Positions 27,591 to 37,055 of a stretch of DNA of 64,000 nucleotides are shown in pieces. How positions within the stretch are numbered: position 1 is the first letter of the stretch; the number at the start of each line of letters is the position of its first letter. The notes beneath the pieces are model-generated. The model searched no databases and had not been told where the DNA came from. It worked only from the letters and a program-made list of their open reading frames with translations. Position numbers and translations under genes: made by a program. The stretch comes from Thermoleophilia bacterium (GTDB lineage Bacteria > Actinomycetota > Thermoleophilia > RBG-16-64-13). The stretch is from the NCBI GenBank assembly GCA_040772905.1, contig JAXGXJ010000005.1:70149-134148 (forward strand). The letters run 5' to 3'.

Positions 27591-28289
27591 CTAGTCGCCT
27601 GTTAGGAATCGGACCAGGAGGGAGATCCCAAGAAGAACGAAGAAGATGACCGCAAGGAAGAAGAACCCAAGGACGTAATCACCGATGAACACCAACGGGA
27701 ACCACCACGGAATCGACTTGTGCTTGCGAAGCCAGTCGTGCTGTGCCCATTCATACCGAGATTTGCCATTCGCCCAGTAGTAACCACCTCGATAGCCCCG
27801 TCTCAACTCTGGCTTGGGCTTGGGCAGGCTGTCCCTATATGCCTTGTCCCCCTTCCTGTCTGCGGCATTGCCCAAGTTCAGGCACGCGAACACCAGTACT
27901 GGGAAGCCCACGAGGAGAGAGGGGACAAGAGCATCCCTTGAAGAGGGAAAGAGCAGCGTACCCACCCACGGGCCGACGAGGACGGTGAGGAAGAAGACTC
28001 CCGATAGTGACAACCAAATCTTCTGCCCGAGGGTCCGACTAGGAACGCATCTTTCCAAGTCAGTGACTGGCTCCGCTAATTGACGGATCTCATCCGCGCC
28101 CGCGGGAGCTCTTGCCGCTATGCCTTCCGTTCGCGATGCCGATTCTTCCCGATAGCTGCGAGTGCCCCGACATGCGGCCGAAGAGTAGCCGGTACAGCCC
28201 CAGAACTGGCCGCCTGCATTCGACCCTCGGCGAGCGGTCCTGAGGACCATTGGTCTTCCGCACCGTGGACAGGCTGGAGCTTCAGGCAA
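27591..28289 (-). CDS. membrane protein with N-terminal topoisomerase-type C4 zinc ribbon
   Basis: CPRCGRPMVLRTARRGSNAGGQFWGCTGY matches the zf-C4_Topoisom pattern. The C-terminal half has 3-4 hydrophobic helices. Confidence 0.55.
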   Translation of the reverse strand: MPEAPACPRCGRPMVLRTARRGSNAGGQFWGCTGYSSAACRGTRSYREESASRTEGIAARAPAGADEIRQLAEPVTDLERCVPSRTLGQKIWLSLSGVFFLTVLVGPWVGTLLFPSSRDALVPSLLVGFPVLVFACLNLGNAADRKGDKAYRDSLPKPKPELRRGYRGGYYWANGKSRYEWAQHDWLRKHKSIPWWFPLVFIGDYVLGFFFLAVIFFVLLGISLLVRFLTGD

Positions 28290-28522
28290 GACGAACTCTT
28301 CTCCCCGGGTTGCTCACGAGTTCGACCAGCGCCTTTGAAGAACACGGGGCCAGGCAGAATACGACGAGTCGTGACCGGTGCCTCTGCTCCTTGTCGAACG
28401 CCTGGCTGCAAGACTCGAGCGGCAGATGCTCTCGTTCATGGTACGCACCACATCCCACGGTAAGCCGCTGGGAAACTCCATTTCGATCTCCAGCGTTCTT
28501 GGCTCGCCACCATAGCGCGCTC

Positions 28523-29539
28523 CTAACCCGCGGCCGGCCAGTAGAGCCGGATCAGTGGCACGAGTGCTCGTGTGTCCGTATCCAGCTGCTCGTAGTTCTC
28601 GACTAGTAGGCTGACCACCTCGTCCACATCCAGAAGCGTAACCGGCACAGTAGCTCGATCGGCCTCGTACTTGGCCTCCTTGCTGAACCCGCCGATGCTG
28701 ACATACAGGCCCCGGTCGCCCGAACGAAGCCCACCGAGGAAGGAACGAAGACCTGGGGCGCCTATCTGCTCCTTGGGCCGGTGTTTGACTTCAACAACAA
28801 TGCGAGGCGATTCCAGGCCCAAGCCGTCGGGAGAGGCCACGATATCTCGGCCCTGATCGCTGCCTCGAGGCGAGACACGCGTCTTGTAGCCCATCGCGCG
28901 CAATATGCCGGCAACAAGCTCCTGCATCTGCTCCCAGTCCAGAGCCACCACTTTGTCCTTGATGAACTCGTGCGCTTTTAGTGCGGTCTCTTCACGAAGG
29001 AGTTCAAGTTCATCCTTGGGGGTCTCTTCTCCATTTGCCGGCTTCTCCTCCCCCTCACCACTCAATCGACGCTCAAGTTCAGAGGCGATCTCCGCTGGCA
29101 CAAGGAAGATCGTGCTGATGGCTCCCAGGCTGTTCTTGGCCCCGGTCGAGAGCTCGTCTCGGGGCACGGAACCGAGCCACTCAACCTCGCGGACATGAGG
29201 GTAGGGGTCTTGTCCGATCTTCACGGTCTCTGGCCGGTACTGATACGAGCCGACTATCGAGCCAATCGAGTACTCGCGCTTCTCGGGATCATATGTGACC
29301 ACTCGGTCTCCAGGAGCAAACTCGAGCAGGAACCGAGAGAGTTGGCCTGCAGAAGCAGCCACCTGGCCGGGCCGAAACTCGGGGAACTCTGCACGAACAA
29401 GGTCGCGAAGCTCTTTCGAGGTCTTCACGGTCGAAAGATCTGTGTAGTCGAGGAACCCCACGGCTACCAATGAATGCTGCCTGAAGTCGTCAACAAGCGC
29501 TCCGTCGCGCCCGGCGCGAACCATCCAAGTCTTGCTCAA
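28523..29539 (-). CDS. mrr: Mrr-like type IV restriction endonuclease
   Basis: 338 aa with an Mrr N-terminal winged-helix domain and C-terminal Mrr_cat pattern (DWEQMQELVAGILRAMGY...GSDQGRDIVA...VVEVKH). Confidence 0.75.
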   Translation of the reverse strand: MSKTWMVRAGRDGALVDDFRQHSLVAVGFLDYTDLSTVKTSKELRDLVRAEFPEFRPGQVAASAGQLSRFLLEFAPGDRVVTYDPEKREYSIGSIVGSYQYRPETVKIGQDPYPHVREVEWLGSVPRDELSTGAKNSLGAISTIFLVPAEIASELERRLSGEGEEKPANGEETPKDELELLREETALKAHEFIKDKVVALDWEQMQELVAGILRAMGYKTRVSPRGSDQGRDIVASPDGLGLESPRIVVEVKHRPKEQIGAPGLRSFLGGLRSGDRGLYVSIGGFSKEAKYEADRATVPVTLLDVDEVVSLLVENYEQLDTDTRALVPLIRLYWPAAG

Positions 29540-29578
29540 CTCATCTCACCTCCGGATGGGCAACTCGTTCGCTGACTC

Positions 29579-31741
29579 TCAGGACCCGAAATGCTCCGCC
29601 ACATACTGCAGCGCGTCCTGTGTGTTGAGCAGCCGCGTCGAGTTGTTGAACCTTACGTAGAGATCGGTCTCGATGCCTCTCTTCACGAAGACCGCCGTAC
29701 GGCTGGGTTCGAGGTCGACCCGGCAGACGTCATGGCCCTCGATTGTCTGGAACGTGACGCTCAGATTCGCCAAGGCCGGCTTGCCCACGGCGATCTCAAG
29801 CAGATCAGTCAACCAGTTCTCGAAGCCGTCGCGGCCGCGGCCCTTGACCAGCTTGTAGTCATTCTCGAGGCCGATCGGCTCTCCGTCGTCCTTCACACCG
29901 ATCAGCAGCGTGCCGCCCTCGGCGTTGAGGAAGCCGGCGATCGTCCGCACGATGGTCCGCTCGATCTCTTCGTCTCGGTCGCCCTTCTTGTAGCTCCAGC
30001 GAGCCGACGACTTGAACTCGACTCTCTTCCCCTCCCCCGCCGCTATCAGCTCGACGATGCCGGGGCGTGCCGCTCCGGACGACGGCGCATGGGATCCGTC
30101 TTCAGATTCGCCCGGATGCTCAACATCTGGCAGCTCTGCTTCGCCGTCGGCCGCCTGATGGTCGCCTGGCGCAGCCCCGACCCGCAGTCGCGGGCTGGCA
30201 TACTCGGGGTACTCGCGCTCTTCGGGCGTCAGGACCGTCGTGTCAACGCCACCGTCAACCCCCCGATACACGAAGTCATGCCGAGCAAAGGTGTCATCGA
30301 GGCGCAGGATGTGTTCCCGTACCCGCCGGCGCGATTCCATGGCCAGGGCCAGTAGCTCTTCGATTTCCTCTGCGGTCGCGTCCCCGTGCGGATACAGCAG
30401 CTTCATCAAGCCGGAGAAAGTCTTCTCCAGTCCGGTCTGATCGCGGGTCGATAGCTCCGACACCAGCTCAAAGCGATCGTTGTAGGCGCTCGTGAAGTCC
30501 TCGGTGCGCTGGTGTTTCAGGATCTCGGCCAGATAGTCGACGATGAAGCCGTAGCCACTGGTGAACAGGTCGCTGCTAACGGGCGACACCTCCCACCCGG
30601 GCAGGTAGGCGTGGAGCCGGTCCAGGAACGCCGAGTCGATGTACTTGTCGGGGAGCGGCTCGAAGAAGTGGGAGTGCCGCAGCATATAGGGCATGGGCTT
30701 CTTCGTGTTGCCCATGAAGACCATCGACGCCTCGGCGGTGAGCTGTTCGATGCCCCGCGAGAAAGACTTGTTGGCCATGAAGTTCTTCATGATGTCGACC
30801 AGGTTCTTGTCGACGTTCTTGTCCTTGCCGGCGAATTCATCGAAGCAGATGCAGTCCCAGTAGCCGACGAGCCCGATCTTGCCGGTGGCGTTGTTCACGA
30901 AGAGCTTGGCCACGCTCACCTCGGCCCCGGAGATGAGGATCCCGTGGGGCGAGAACTCGGCGTAGATGTGGGACTTGCCGGTGCCCTTGGGCCCCAGCTC
31001 GATGAGGTTGTAGTTGCGCTCGCAGTAGGGCACTAGCCGCATCAGCTGCAAGAGCTTCCCGCGACGGCTGAACGCATCCGGGTTGAGGCCGATGCTCTGG
31101 AGGAGGACACCCATCCACTCCTCGGTGGAGAAGTTGGCCCGGGCGGCCAGGAACTCCTCGTAGTCGGCCCGTGAGACTTGGATGGGTTTCAGGCTCTCTA
31201 TGTGCCATGGGCAGGCCTTGGGCTCCTCGCTCAGCTCGTAGGCAAGCTCCGTGATGCACCAGATCCCCCCCACCAACAGCTTCGGATGCCGGCGGATGAG
31301 GTCGTCGGCGATGGGGACGTTCTTGAGCCCGAGATTGCTGAACTTGGCTTCGTAGAAGCCGCCCTTGTCGTTCAGCTCGGCGGCCACCTTGTCGATGACC
31401 TTGTGGCTGCCGCGCTCCTTGATAGTCGACTTGACCAGCTCAGCTTGATTGCGGTGGACGTAGTGCTTGGCGAGGATGCGTTGCACCGACTCCAGCCCGG
31501 CCTTAAGAGCATCGAGATCGTCGGTGGCGCAGTGCTGCCCCAGCAGGTATTCGAGCACATAGGTGGGCACCACCGCGTTCTGCTTCAGGCCCTTGGTCAG
31601 GTCCTTGCGCACCACCAACCCGGGGAACTGCTCGAGGATCTTGCGATCCAGCGGCCCCAGCGTCACCGGGGTCGAAACGGCGGCTTCCAGCGGGTCGATG
31701 ATCCTCTCTTCAGGGTTCTCAGACATCGAAATCACTCTCAA
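29579..31741 (-). CDS. brxL: BREX BrxL-like AAA+ protein with C-terminal AlbA_2/Schlafen-like domain in place of the Lon-protease domain
   Basis: N-terminal ~520 aa show BrxL family signatures (LDRKILEQFPGLVVRKDL, VVPTYVLEYLLGQ, ELGPKGTGKSHIY, LVGYWDCICFDEFAGK). After a low-complexity linker the last ~170 aa read EFKSS...IAGFLNAEGGTLLIGVKDDGEPIG, typical of AlbA_2. Confidence 0.65.
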   Translation of the reverse strand: MRVISMSENPEERIIDPLEAAVSTPVTLGPLDRKILEQFPGLVVRKDLTKGLKQNAVVPTYVLEYLLGQHCATDDLDALKAGLESVQRILAKHYVHRNQAELVKSTIKERGSHKVIDKVAAELNDKGGFYEAKFSNLGLKNVPIADDLIRRHPKLLVGGIWCITELAYELSEEPKACPWHIESLKPIQVSRADYEEFLAARANFSTEEWMGVLLQSIGLNPDAFSRRGKLLQLMRLVPYCERNYNLIELGPKGTGKSHIYAEFSPHGILISGAEVSVAKLFVNNATGKIGLVGYWDCICFDEFAGKDKNVDKNLVDIMKNFMANKSFSRGIEQLTAEASMVFMGNTKKPMPYMLRHSHFFEPLPDKYIDSAFLDRLHAYLPGWEVSPVSSDLFTSGYGFIVDYLAEILKHQRTEDFTSAYNDRFELVSELSTRDQTGLEKTFSGLMKLLYPHGDATAEEIEELLALAMESRRRVREHILRLDDTFARHDFVYRGVDGGVDTTVLTPEEREYPEYASPRLRVGAAPGDHQAADGEAELPDVEHPGESEDGSHAPSSGAARPGIVELIAAGEGKRVEFKSSARWSYKKGDRDEEIERTIVRTIAGFLNAEGGTLLIGVKDDGEPIGLENDYKLVKGRGRDGFENWLTDLLEIAVGKPALANLSVTFQTIEGHDVCRVDLEPSRTAVFVKRGIETDLYVRFNNSTRLLNTQDALQYVAEHFGS

Positions 31742-34208
31742 ACGGCTTCTGCAGTTTCACCTTGTGGGTCTTGTAGATGGCGGTCTGGCTGGTGCCGGGG
31801 ATGGTCTCCTCCAAGCGGACCTCGACCTCCTTGCCATTGTAGTCATCGGCGGCCCGGGACAAAGTCAGGCCCACCTTCTTCTCCCGCAGACGCGGCTCCT
31901 CATCGGCCAGGTCGAAGGTGAAGGAGTGGACATCAGAGATGATCTTACCGTCGGACGCGTACACGCCCACCGTCAGGATCCTGGGCAAGGTCTTCTCGGC
32001 CACGGGCTGCAGTTGGTAGAGCGCCAGCGTGAGCTGCCCGGTCGTGATCTTGCTGGGGGCACGGAGAATATCCACCTCCACCCGTTCGGTGTCATCCGAC
32101 CGAGCTTTATGGATGCGTACCACCGGCACCACTACTTCCTGCAGGCTCAGTCCGCCATGCACGTAGCGCTTGCCCGAGCCGCTCAGGGGGAAGCGCCCCA
32201 GCGAGAGCGGGAAGGTCGCCTGCCAGTCCCCGCTCAAGCCCAGGTCGGTCGCGGCGAACGTCTTCAGCGCCGGGTTCTTGGCGATGTTGCGGCCGATAGC
32301 GAAGCGCCGGTTCCTCATGAGCCACTCACCAGCCGCAGGCAGCGGCAGGTCATCGGCTTCGGCAACCTCCGACTGCTGGAAGAGGAAGCCGTGATCGGCG
32401 GTCAGCAGCATGTTGTTGCCGTTGGCGTTGGCGATCTTGCGAAGGATCTGCATGAGCTCCTGCAGTGCCGTCTCCACCGCCTCAGCGGTCTTGGCCTCAG
32501 TAGCCGATGAGTCGCCCACCTTGTCGATGGTGTTATGGAAGATGTAGATGACATCGTGGTCGCGCATGAGCGCGCGCCCCTCGGTCTTGGTGTTCATCTC
32601 GAGGAAGGTCTCTGCCTGGATGGCCGTCGCCCTCCCCCCCACAGCGGCCGCCAGAATCTGTCTGCGTGCCTCGGTTCCGGAGGCCGGTTTGCCGTCCATG
32701 AGCGCGGTTCCGTCGGCCGGCTGGATGGTGCGTTCATTTCCGGGCAGAAGCGAGGCCATGCCCAGTTGTGTGTATGAGGGGAGCGAGGCGAGTACCACCT
32801 CCAGCTGCGCCGTCCAACGGTTCTCGCTCTGGATGCGGGCGACTAACTCCGCCGCTGCCTCGTAGCGCAGGCCGTCAGACACCACCACGAACACCTTCTG
32901 ACCCTTGTCCAGGAAGGGCTTCACGTGTCGCTCGAAGAACGCGGTCTGCGGCACCAGACGATCACCCCGCCAGGTGGTCAAATCGCGCACCCGGTCGCCC
33001 CACCGATCAGCGAGAGGCAGCAGGAAGGTGTTGACATACGCCTTCTCCACCCAATCGGTCACGCACTTGGTCACAGCCACCTGACCATAGCGCCGCTGGT
33101 GATAGCAGAAGCGCCGGTAGGCGTTGTCTATCTGCTGCCAAGTGGCGACGTAGCGGGAGACTCCGGCATCCACGCTGTCCACGTGAAGCTCGGTGGCATC
33201 GAGGAGCTCGCGCAGCCGGATGGCCTGGGTAAGAGCTTCGTAGCCATCTGCGTGGTCGCCGAACCAGAAGGACTTGCGCCGAGCCTCTAACGTCGCCGAG
33301 AGAGCCGCGCTCGCCCCTCCCTTCTCGAAGCTCCCACACGCTCGGTGGATGATGAAGCGTTCGAAGGCGGCGAAGGTATCCGAGTGCTCGATCTGCCGGA
33401 GGTCGTCCAGGGCGTCCAATTGACCACTGATGTGAAGATCCGCCTCCAGTGCGCCGGACCATCGCCGGAAGGCGGGCCCGTGGCTCTGGCTGTCCTTCCA
33501 TCTCTGGAGAAACACGCGCGCATGAAGATCGAGAGAGACCCCCGAATCGAGCGGATTAGCCCACCGGAAAAGCATCGTGGCGAAATCACGGAGGGTCGGC
33601 TTGTCGCTTGCGTATCCGAAACGAAGGCCCACCTCCTTCCAGAAGGCCCCGACCAGGTTGGCCTGTCCGAAACGCTCCTCAACCGGATCGAGCAGGGCAT
33701 CGCCGGCGTCCCGGCTAAGGAAGGCTAGAAGCAGCGAGTCCACATCGGCTTCGGTGCCGGCCAGGACAGCCATCATCTTGAGACGGAGGCTGCGGGCTTC
33801 CTCCGCGGCTGTGAGCATCGGTTTCAGCATTTGGATCTGCTTGGCGTTGAAGAACCCGATATGCTCCTCGATCACGGGACGAAACTCATAGGGCAGACCG
33901 ACGTCCTGGAGGATGAGAGAAGCCCGGTCAGCTTTGAACTCATGGCCTTGGAGGCGCAGGTCGAGAAGCCAGTCCTCCATGTCTCTGGGGCGCTCACTGG
34001 GGAAGTAGAGAAGATACCGCGCGCCGCGGTCGGGATCGCCGTGGATGGCTACCTTGACCGAGAACTCGTCACCCTCGACCCTGAGCTTTGTCACCCCCGC
34101 GCTCTCGAATTCCTCGAAGGCGCTCGACCACTCCCGCTTGGGGTCGTACCAGAACACCAGGCGATGGCGCAGGAACACACGCTCGAGGCTGTCGGCGACG
34201 CGACTCAC
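31719..34208 (-). CDS. pglZ: BREX alkaline-phosphatase-superfamily protein PglZ
   Basis: 829 aa. N-terminal LVFWYDP signature and PglZ domain (VVVSDGLRYE, TADHGF). Confidence 0.85.
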   Translation of the reverse strand: MSRVADSLERVFLRHRLVFWYDPKREWSSAFEEFESAGVTKLRVEGDEFSVKVAIHGDPDRGARYLLYFPSERPRDMEDWLLDLRLQGHEFKADRASLILQDVGLPYEFRPVIEEHIGFFNAKQIQMLKPMLTAAEEARSLRLKMMAVLAGTEADVDSLLLAFLSRDAGDALLDPVEERFGQANLVGAFWKEVGLRFGYASDKPTLRDFATMLFRWANPLDSGVSLDLHARVFLQRWKDSQSHGPAFRRWSGALEADLHISGQLDALDDLRQIEHSDTFAAFERFIIHRACGSFEKGGASAALSATLEARRKSFWFGDHADGYEALTQAIRLRELLDATELHVDSVDAGVSRYVATWQQIDNAYRRFCYHQRRYGQVAVTKCVTDWVEKAYVNTFLLPLADRWGDRVRDLTTWRGDRLVPQTAFFERHVKPFLDKGQKVFVVVSDGLRYEAAAELVARIQSENRWTAQLEVVLASLPSYTQLGMASLLPGNERTIQPADGTALMDGKPASGTEARRQILAAAVGGRATAIQAETFLEMNTKTEGRALMRDHDVIYIFHNTIDKVGDSSATEAKTAEAVETALQELMQILRKIANANGNNMLLTADHGFLFQQSEVAEADDLPLPAAGEWLMRNRRFAIGRNIAKNPALKTFAATDLGLSGDWQATFPLSLGRFPLSGSGKRYVHGGLSLQEVVVPVVRIHKARSDDTERVEVDILRAPSKITTGQLTLALYQLQPVAEKTLPRILTVGVYASDGKIISDVHSFTFDLADEEPRLREKKVGLTLSRAADDYNGKEVEVRLEETIPGTSQTAIYKTHKVKLQKPFESDFDV

Positions 34209-35100
34209 TCGTCAGATTCCTTCGCCGCCAGTCCCGGGATGGGCGCCAGAGCAGGTCCCAGCTTGAGGTAGTTCACCTTGACCCCATCATCCAGGTCCAG
34301 CTCGATACGCTCCTGGGCCAGCGGCAGGAGCACCTCCCTTTCATACTCCTCGCACTCGCGGATGGTCTTGCCGAGCGCGTCGGCTTCTTTGCGATACCGA
34401 GCCTTGTCATGAGGCGAGGTGGACTCGCTGGCCAGGAGGTGCTCCAGGTGCTCCAGGCGATAGTGCATCTTGGAGATGTACTCGCGCAGGTAGCGGTTGA
34501 GCACGCGGTTGGCCGTGTCGCGGGTGTAGCGGTGGAGGTAGACGAGGCACTGGAAGCCCTTCTTGGGACTCTGGAACATCCAGTAGATGGGCCGCTTCTT
34601 GTGAGTCTGGAGATGGTCCTTGTAGAAGTCGGTGGCAAAGTACTTGCGCAGGTCCTTGCCCAATGACTCCTCGATGAAGCGCAGGTTCTCATCCAGGGTC
34701 GAATCCCCAAACGTGACCCGCAGGAAGTTCCGCGTGCGAGCCACGATGTCATCCTCGAACCATTCTCCGCTTAAGACCGGGATGATGGCATCTTCATCGG
34801 GGACAAAGCTGAGCTCATCCAGGGGCCTCCCCACTCTTGCCAGGTAGCCCTCCAGAGTGTCGCCGGCATCGGCCAGGATGAGGCCGGGCTTATCCAGGGA
34901 GTAGCGGCCCATCATGCAACCCACGGCGTGGGAGAGGAATCCAGCGATGTCCTTACGTCTGTCGGGACGAGCCAGGGTGATCTCCTCTTCCGGGACCTCA
35001 GGAGTGAGCTCATCCTGAAGGCCATAGGCTTCGATCCACAGGCGGTTGTTCTCCGTCTCTAGCTGCTGCATACGGGCAATGTTGTCCCTGTCGTTGCCGA
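34205..35100 (-). pseudogene. pglX: BREX methyltransferase PglX, C-terminal fragment (gene split by IS21 insertion)
   Basis: Contains the PglX C-terminal signature KRPIYWMFQSPKKGFQCLVYLHRYTRDT. Overlaps the pglZ start by 4 bp. Upstream coding continuity is broken at the IS21 left IR (35101). Confidence 0.75.
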
Positions 35101-35199
35101 TGTGAAACTGACCCATTAGTGCCGGTCTGAAACTGACCCACCTTGAAATGACGTAGGCTTCTCGGTTGGTTCTCTTGGAATCTGCCGAGGAGGGGTCAG

Positions 35200-36192
35200 T
35201 TGATCAAACTGGAGGAATGGGTGGACATCGTTTCCCTTCATAGGCAGGGTCTTTCTATTCGCGCGATCGCTCGCAGACTGGGCGTCTCCCGCAACACGGT
35301 ACGAGCCGCGCTTCGTCGGCCGGGTCCGCCGACGAGAGCCCCACAACAGCGGCCGCCGTCCAAGCTGGATCCCTATCGGGACTATCTCCTGGCCCGGCTG
35401 GCCGAGTTCCCGGAACTGCCGGCGGAAGCGCTCTTCGAGGAGATCCAGGCTCTCGGCTATTCCGGCGGCCGCACCATCCTCAAGGAGTTCACCCGGCCTT
35501 ATCGCATCCGCAGGAAAGAGCCAGTGGTGCGCTTTGAGACCCCGCCCGGCCGCCAGGCCCAGTGTGACTGGGCTCACCTCGGCACTCACGTCATCCGCGG
35601 CGAGCTCACAGCGCTCTATCTCTTCGTGATGATCCTCGGCTTCTCCCGGGTCCTCTATGCCGAAGTGGTCACCCGCACCGACATCGACACGTTCCTGGAA
35701 CTCCACGTGCACGCCTTCCGCGCCTTCGGGGGCATGCCCGAGGAGATCCTCTATGACAACCAGAAGGTGGTGGTGCTCAGCCGCTCATCTGACGGCCCGG
35801 TCTTTCATCCCGCTCTTCTTGCCTTCGCTGGCCAGTTCGGCTTCAAGCCGCGCCTCTGCCGGCCCTATCGGGCCCGCACCAAGGGGAAGGTGGAGCGCTC
35901 CATCGGCTATATCCGGGACCGCTTCTTCTGTGGAAGGACGTTCATCGATATCCCCGATCTCAACCACCAGCTCGCGATGTGGCTTGAGACCGCCAACGCC
36001 CGGGAGCATAAGACCACCGGTGAACGGCCCTGTGATCGGCTGCTCAGGGAGAAGCTCCTGCCCTTCGCCGCCGCCCGGCCCTGGCGGGGTTCAGAGGCGC
36101 CGATCGTGCCTCCCCGGCGCCCCTCCTTCCGTTTCGCCTCTCCCGAGGTCGAGCGGCGTTCTCTCTCGGTCTATGAGGAGGTGTGCTCGTGA
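35200..36192 (+). CDS. istA: IS21-family transposase IstA
   Basis: 330 aa. N-terminal HTH (LSIRAIARRLGVSRNTVR), rve core (CDWAHLG...YDNQKVVV...KGKVERS). TTG start after GAGGAGGGG. Confidence 0.8.
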   Translation: MIKLEEWVDIVSLHRQGLSIRAIARRLGVSRNTVRAALRRPGPPTRAPQQRPPSKLDPYRDYLLARLAEFPELPAEALFEEIQALGYSGGRTILKEFTRPYRIRRKEPVVRFETPPGRQAQCDWAHLGTHVIRGELTALYLFVMILGFSRVLYAEVVTRTDIDTFLELHVHAFRAFGGMPEEILYDNQKVVVLSRSSDGPVFHPALLAFAGQFGFKPRLCRPYRARTKGKVERSIGYIRDRFFCGRTFIDIPDLNHQLAMWLETANAREHKTTGERPCDRLLREKLLPFAAARPWRGSEAPIVPPRRPSFRFASPEVERRSLSVYEEVCS

Positions 36193-36974
36193 ACCTGGAG
36201 ATGGAGCGCATCGCACTTCTCGCCGACCGGCTGCACCTGCCCCAGCTCACCGCCAGCCTGCCGCTTCTGGCCGAGGAGGCCGCCCGCAAAGAGCAGAGCT
36301 ACAGCGAGTTTCTGCTGGGGCTCTTGGAAGAGGAGGTCCGGGCCGCGGACGTCCGAGCCCAGGAGATGATGCTCAGGCTCGCGTCGTTCCCCTTCCGGCG
36401 CACCCTCGATGACTTCGACTTCTCCTTTCAGCCCTCGGTCAGCAAAAAGCAGCTCAGGGAGCTTGCGAGTTGCGCCTATGTGGAGCGGGCGGAGAACGTC
36501 ATCCTCCTCGGGCCGCCGGGCGTGGGCAAGACGCACCTGGCCGTCGCTCTCGGCCTCGCTGCCATCCACAAGCGCCTGCACGTGAAGTTCACCACCGTGG
36601 CCGCCATGGTCGCCAACCTCACCCAGGCGCTGAAGGCCGGCACCTATCCCGCCCGGCTTCGCACCTATCTTCGGCCCAGCGTCCTCATTCTTGATGAGAT
36701 CGGCTTTCTTCCTCTGGAAGCGGGGCAGGCCAGTCTGCTCTTCGAAGTCATCTCCCGCCGATACGAGCGCGGCTCCATCATCCTCACCTCGAACAAGAGC
36801 TATGCCGAATGGGCAGAGATCTTCTCCGGCGACGAGGTGATCGCCACAGCCATGCTCGACCGGCTCCTTCACCACGCGACCACCATCATCATCAAGGGCC
36901 AGAGCTACCGGCTCAAAGACAAACAGCGGGCCGGCCTGGTTGCTCGAAGAAAGGGGAACGAGGCAAGCGAATGA
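36183..36974 (+). CDS. istB: IS21-family helper ATPase IstB
   Basis: 263 aa. Walker A GPPGVGKTHLAVALG, Walker B LILDEIGF. Overlaps the istA stop. Confidence 0.85.
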   Translation: MLVNLEMERIALLADRLHLPQLTASLPLLAEEAARKEQSYSEFLLGLLEEEVRAADVRAQEMMLRLASFPFRRTLDDFDFSFQPSVSKKQLRELASCAYVERAENVILLGPPGVGKTHLAVALGLAAIHKRLHVKFTTVAAMVANLTQALKAGTYPARLRTYLRPSVLILDEIGFLPLEAGQASLLFEVISRRYERGSIILTSNKSYAEWAEIFSGDEVIATAMLDRLLHHATTIIIKGQSYRLKDKQRAGLVARRKGNEASE

Positions 36975-37055
36975 CGCAAAGGGGGTCAGATTTCGATCGG
37001 CACTGAACCTTAGGGTGGGTCAGTTTCAGACCGGCAGAAAAGGGTCAACTACACA

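Larger units (their letters stand above)
35101..37055 (+). mobile_element. IS21-family insertion sequence (~1955 bp) inserted in pglX
   Basis: 42-bp terminal inverted repeats: TGTGAAACTGACCCattagTGCCGGTCTGAAACTGACCCACC at 35101-35142 and its near-perfect reverse complement at 37015-37055. Carries istA and istB. No clean target duplication was resolved by eye. Confidence 0.75.
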
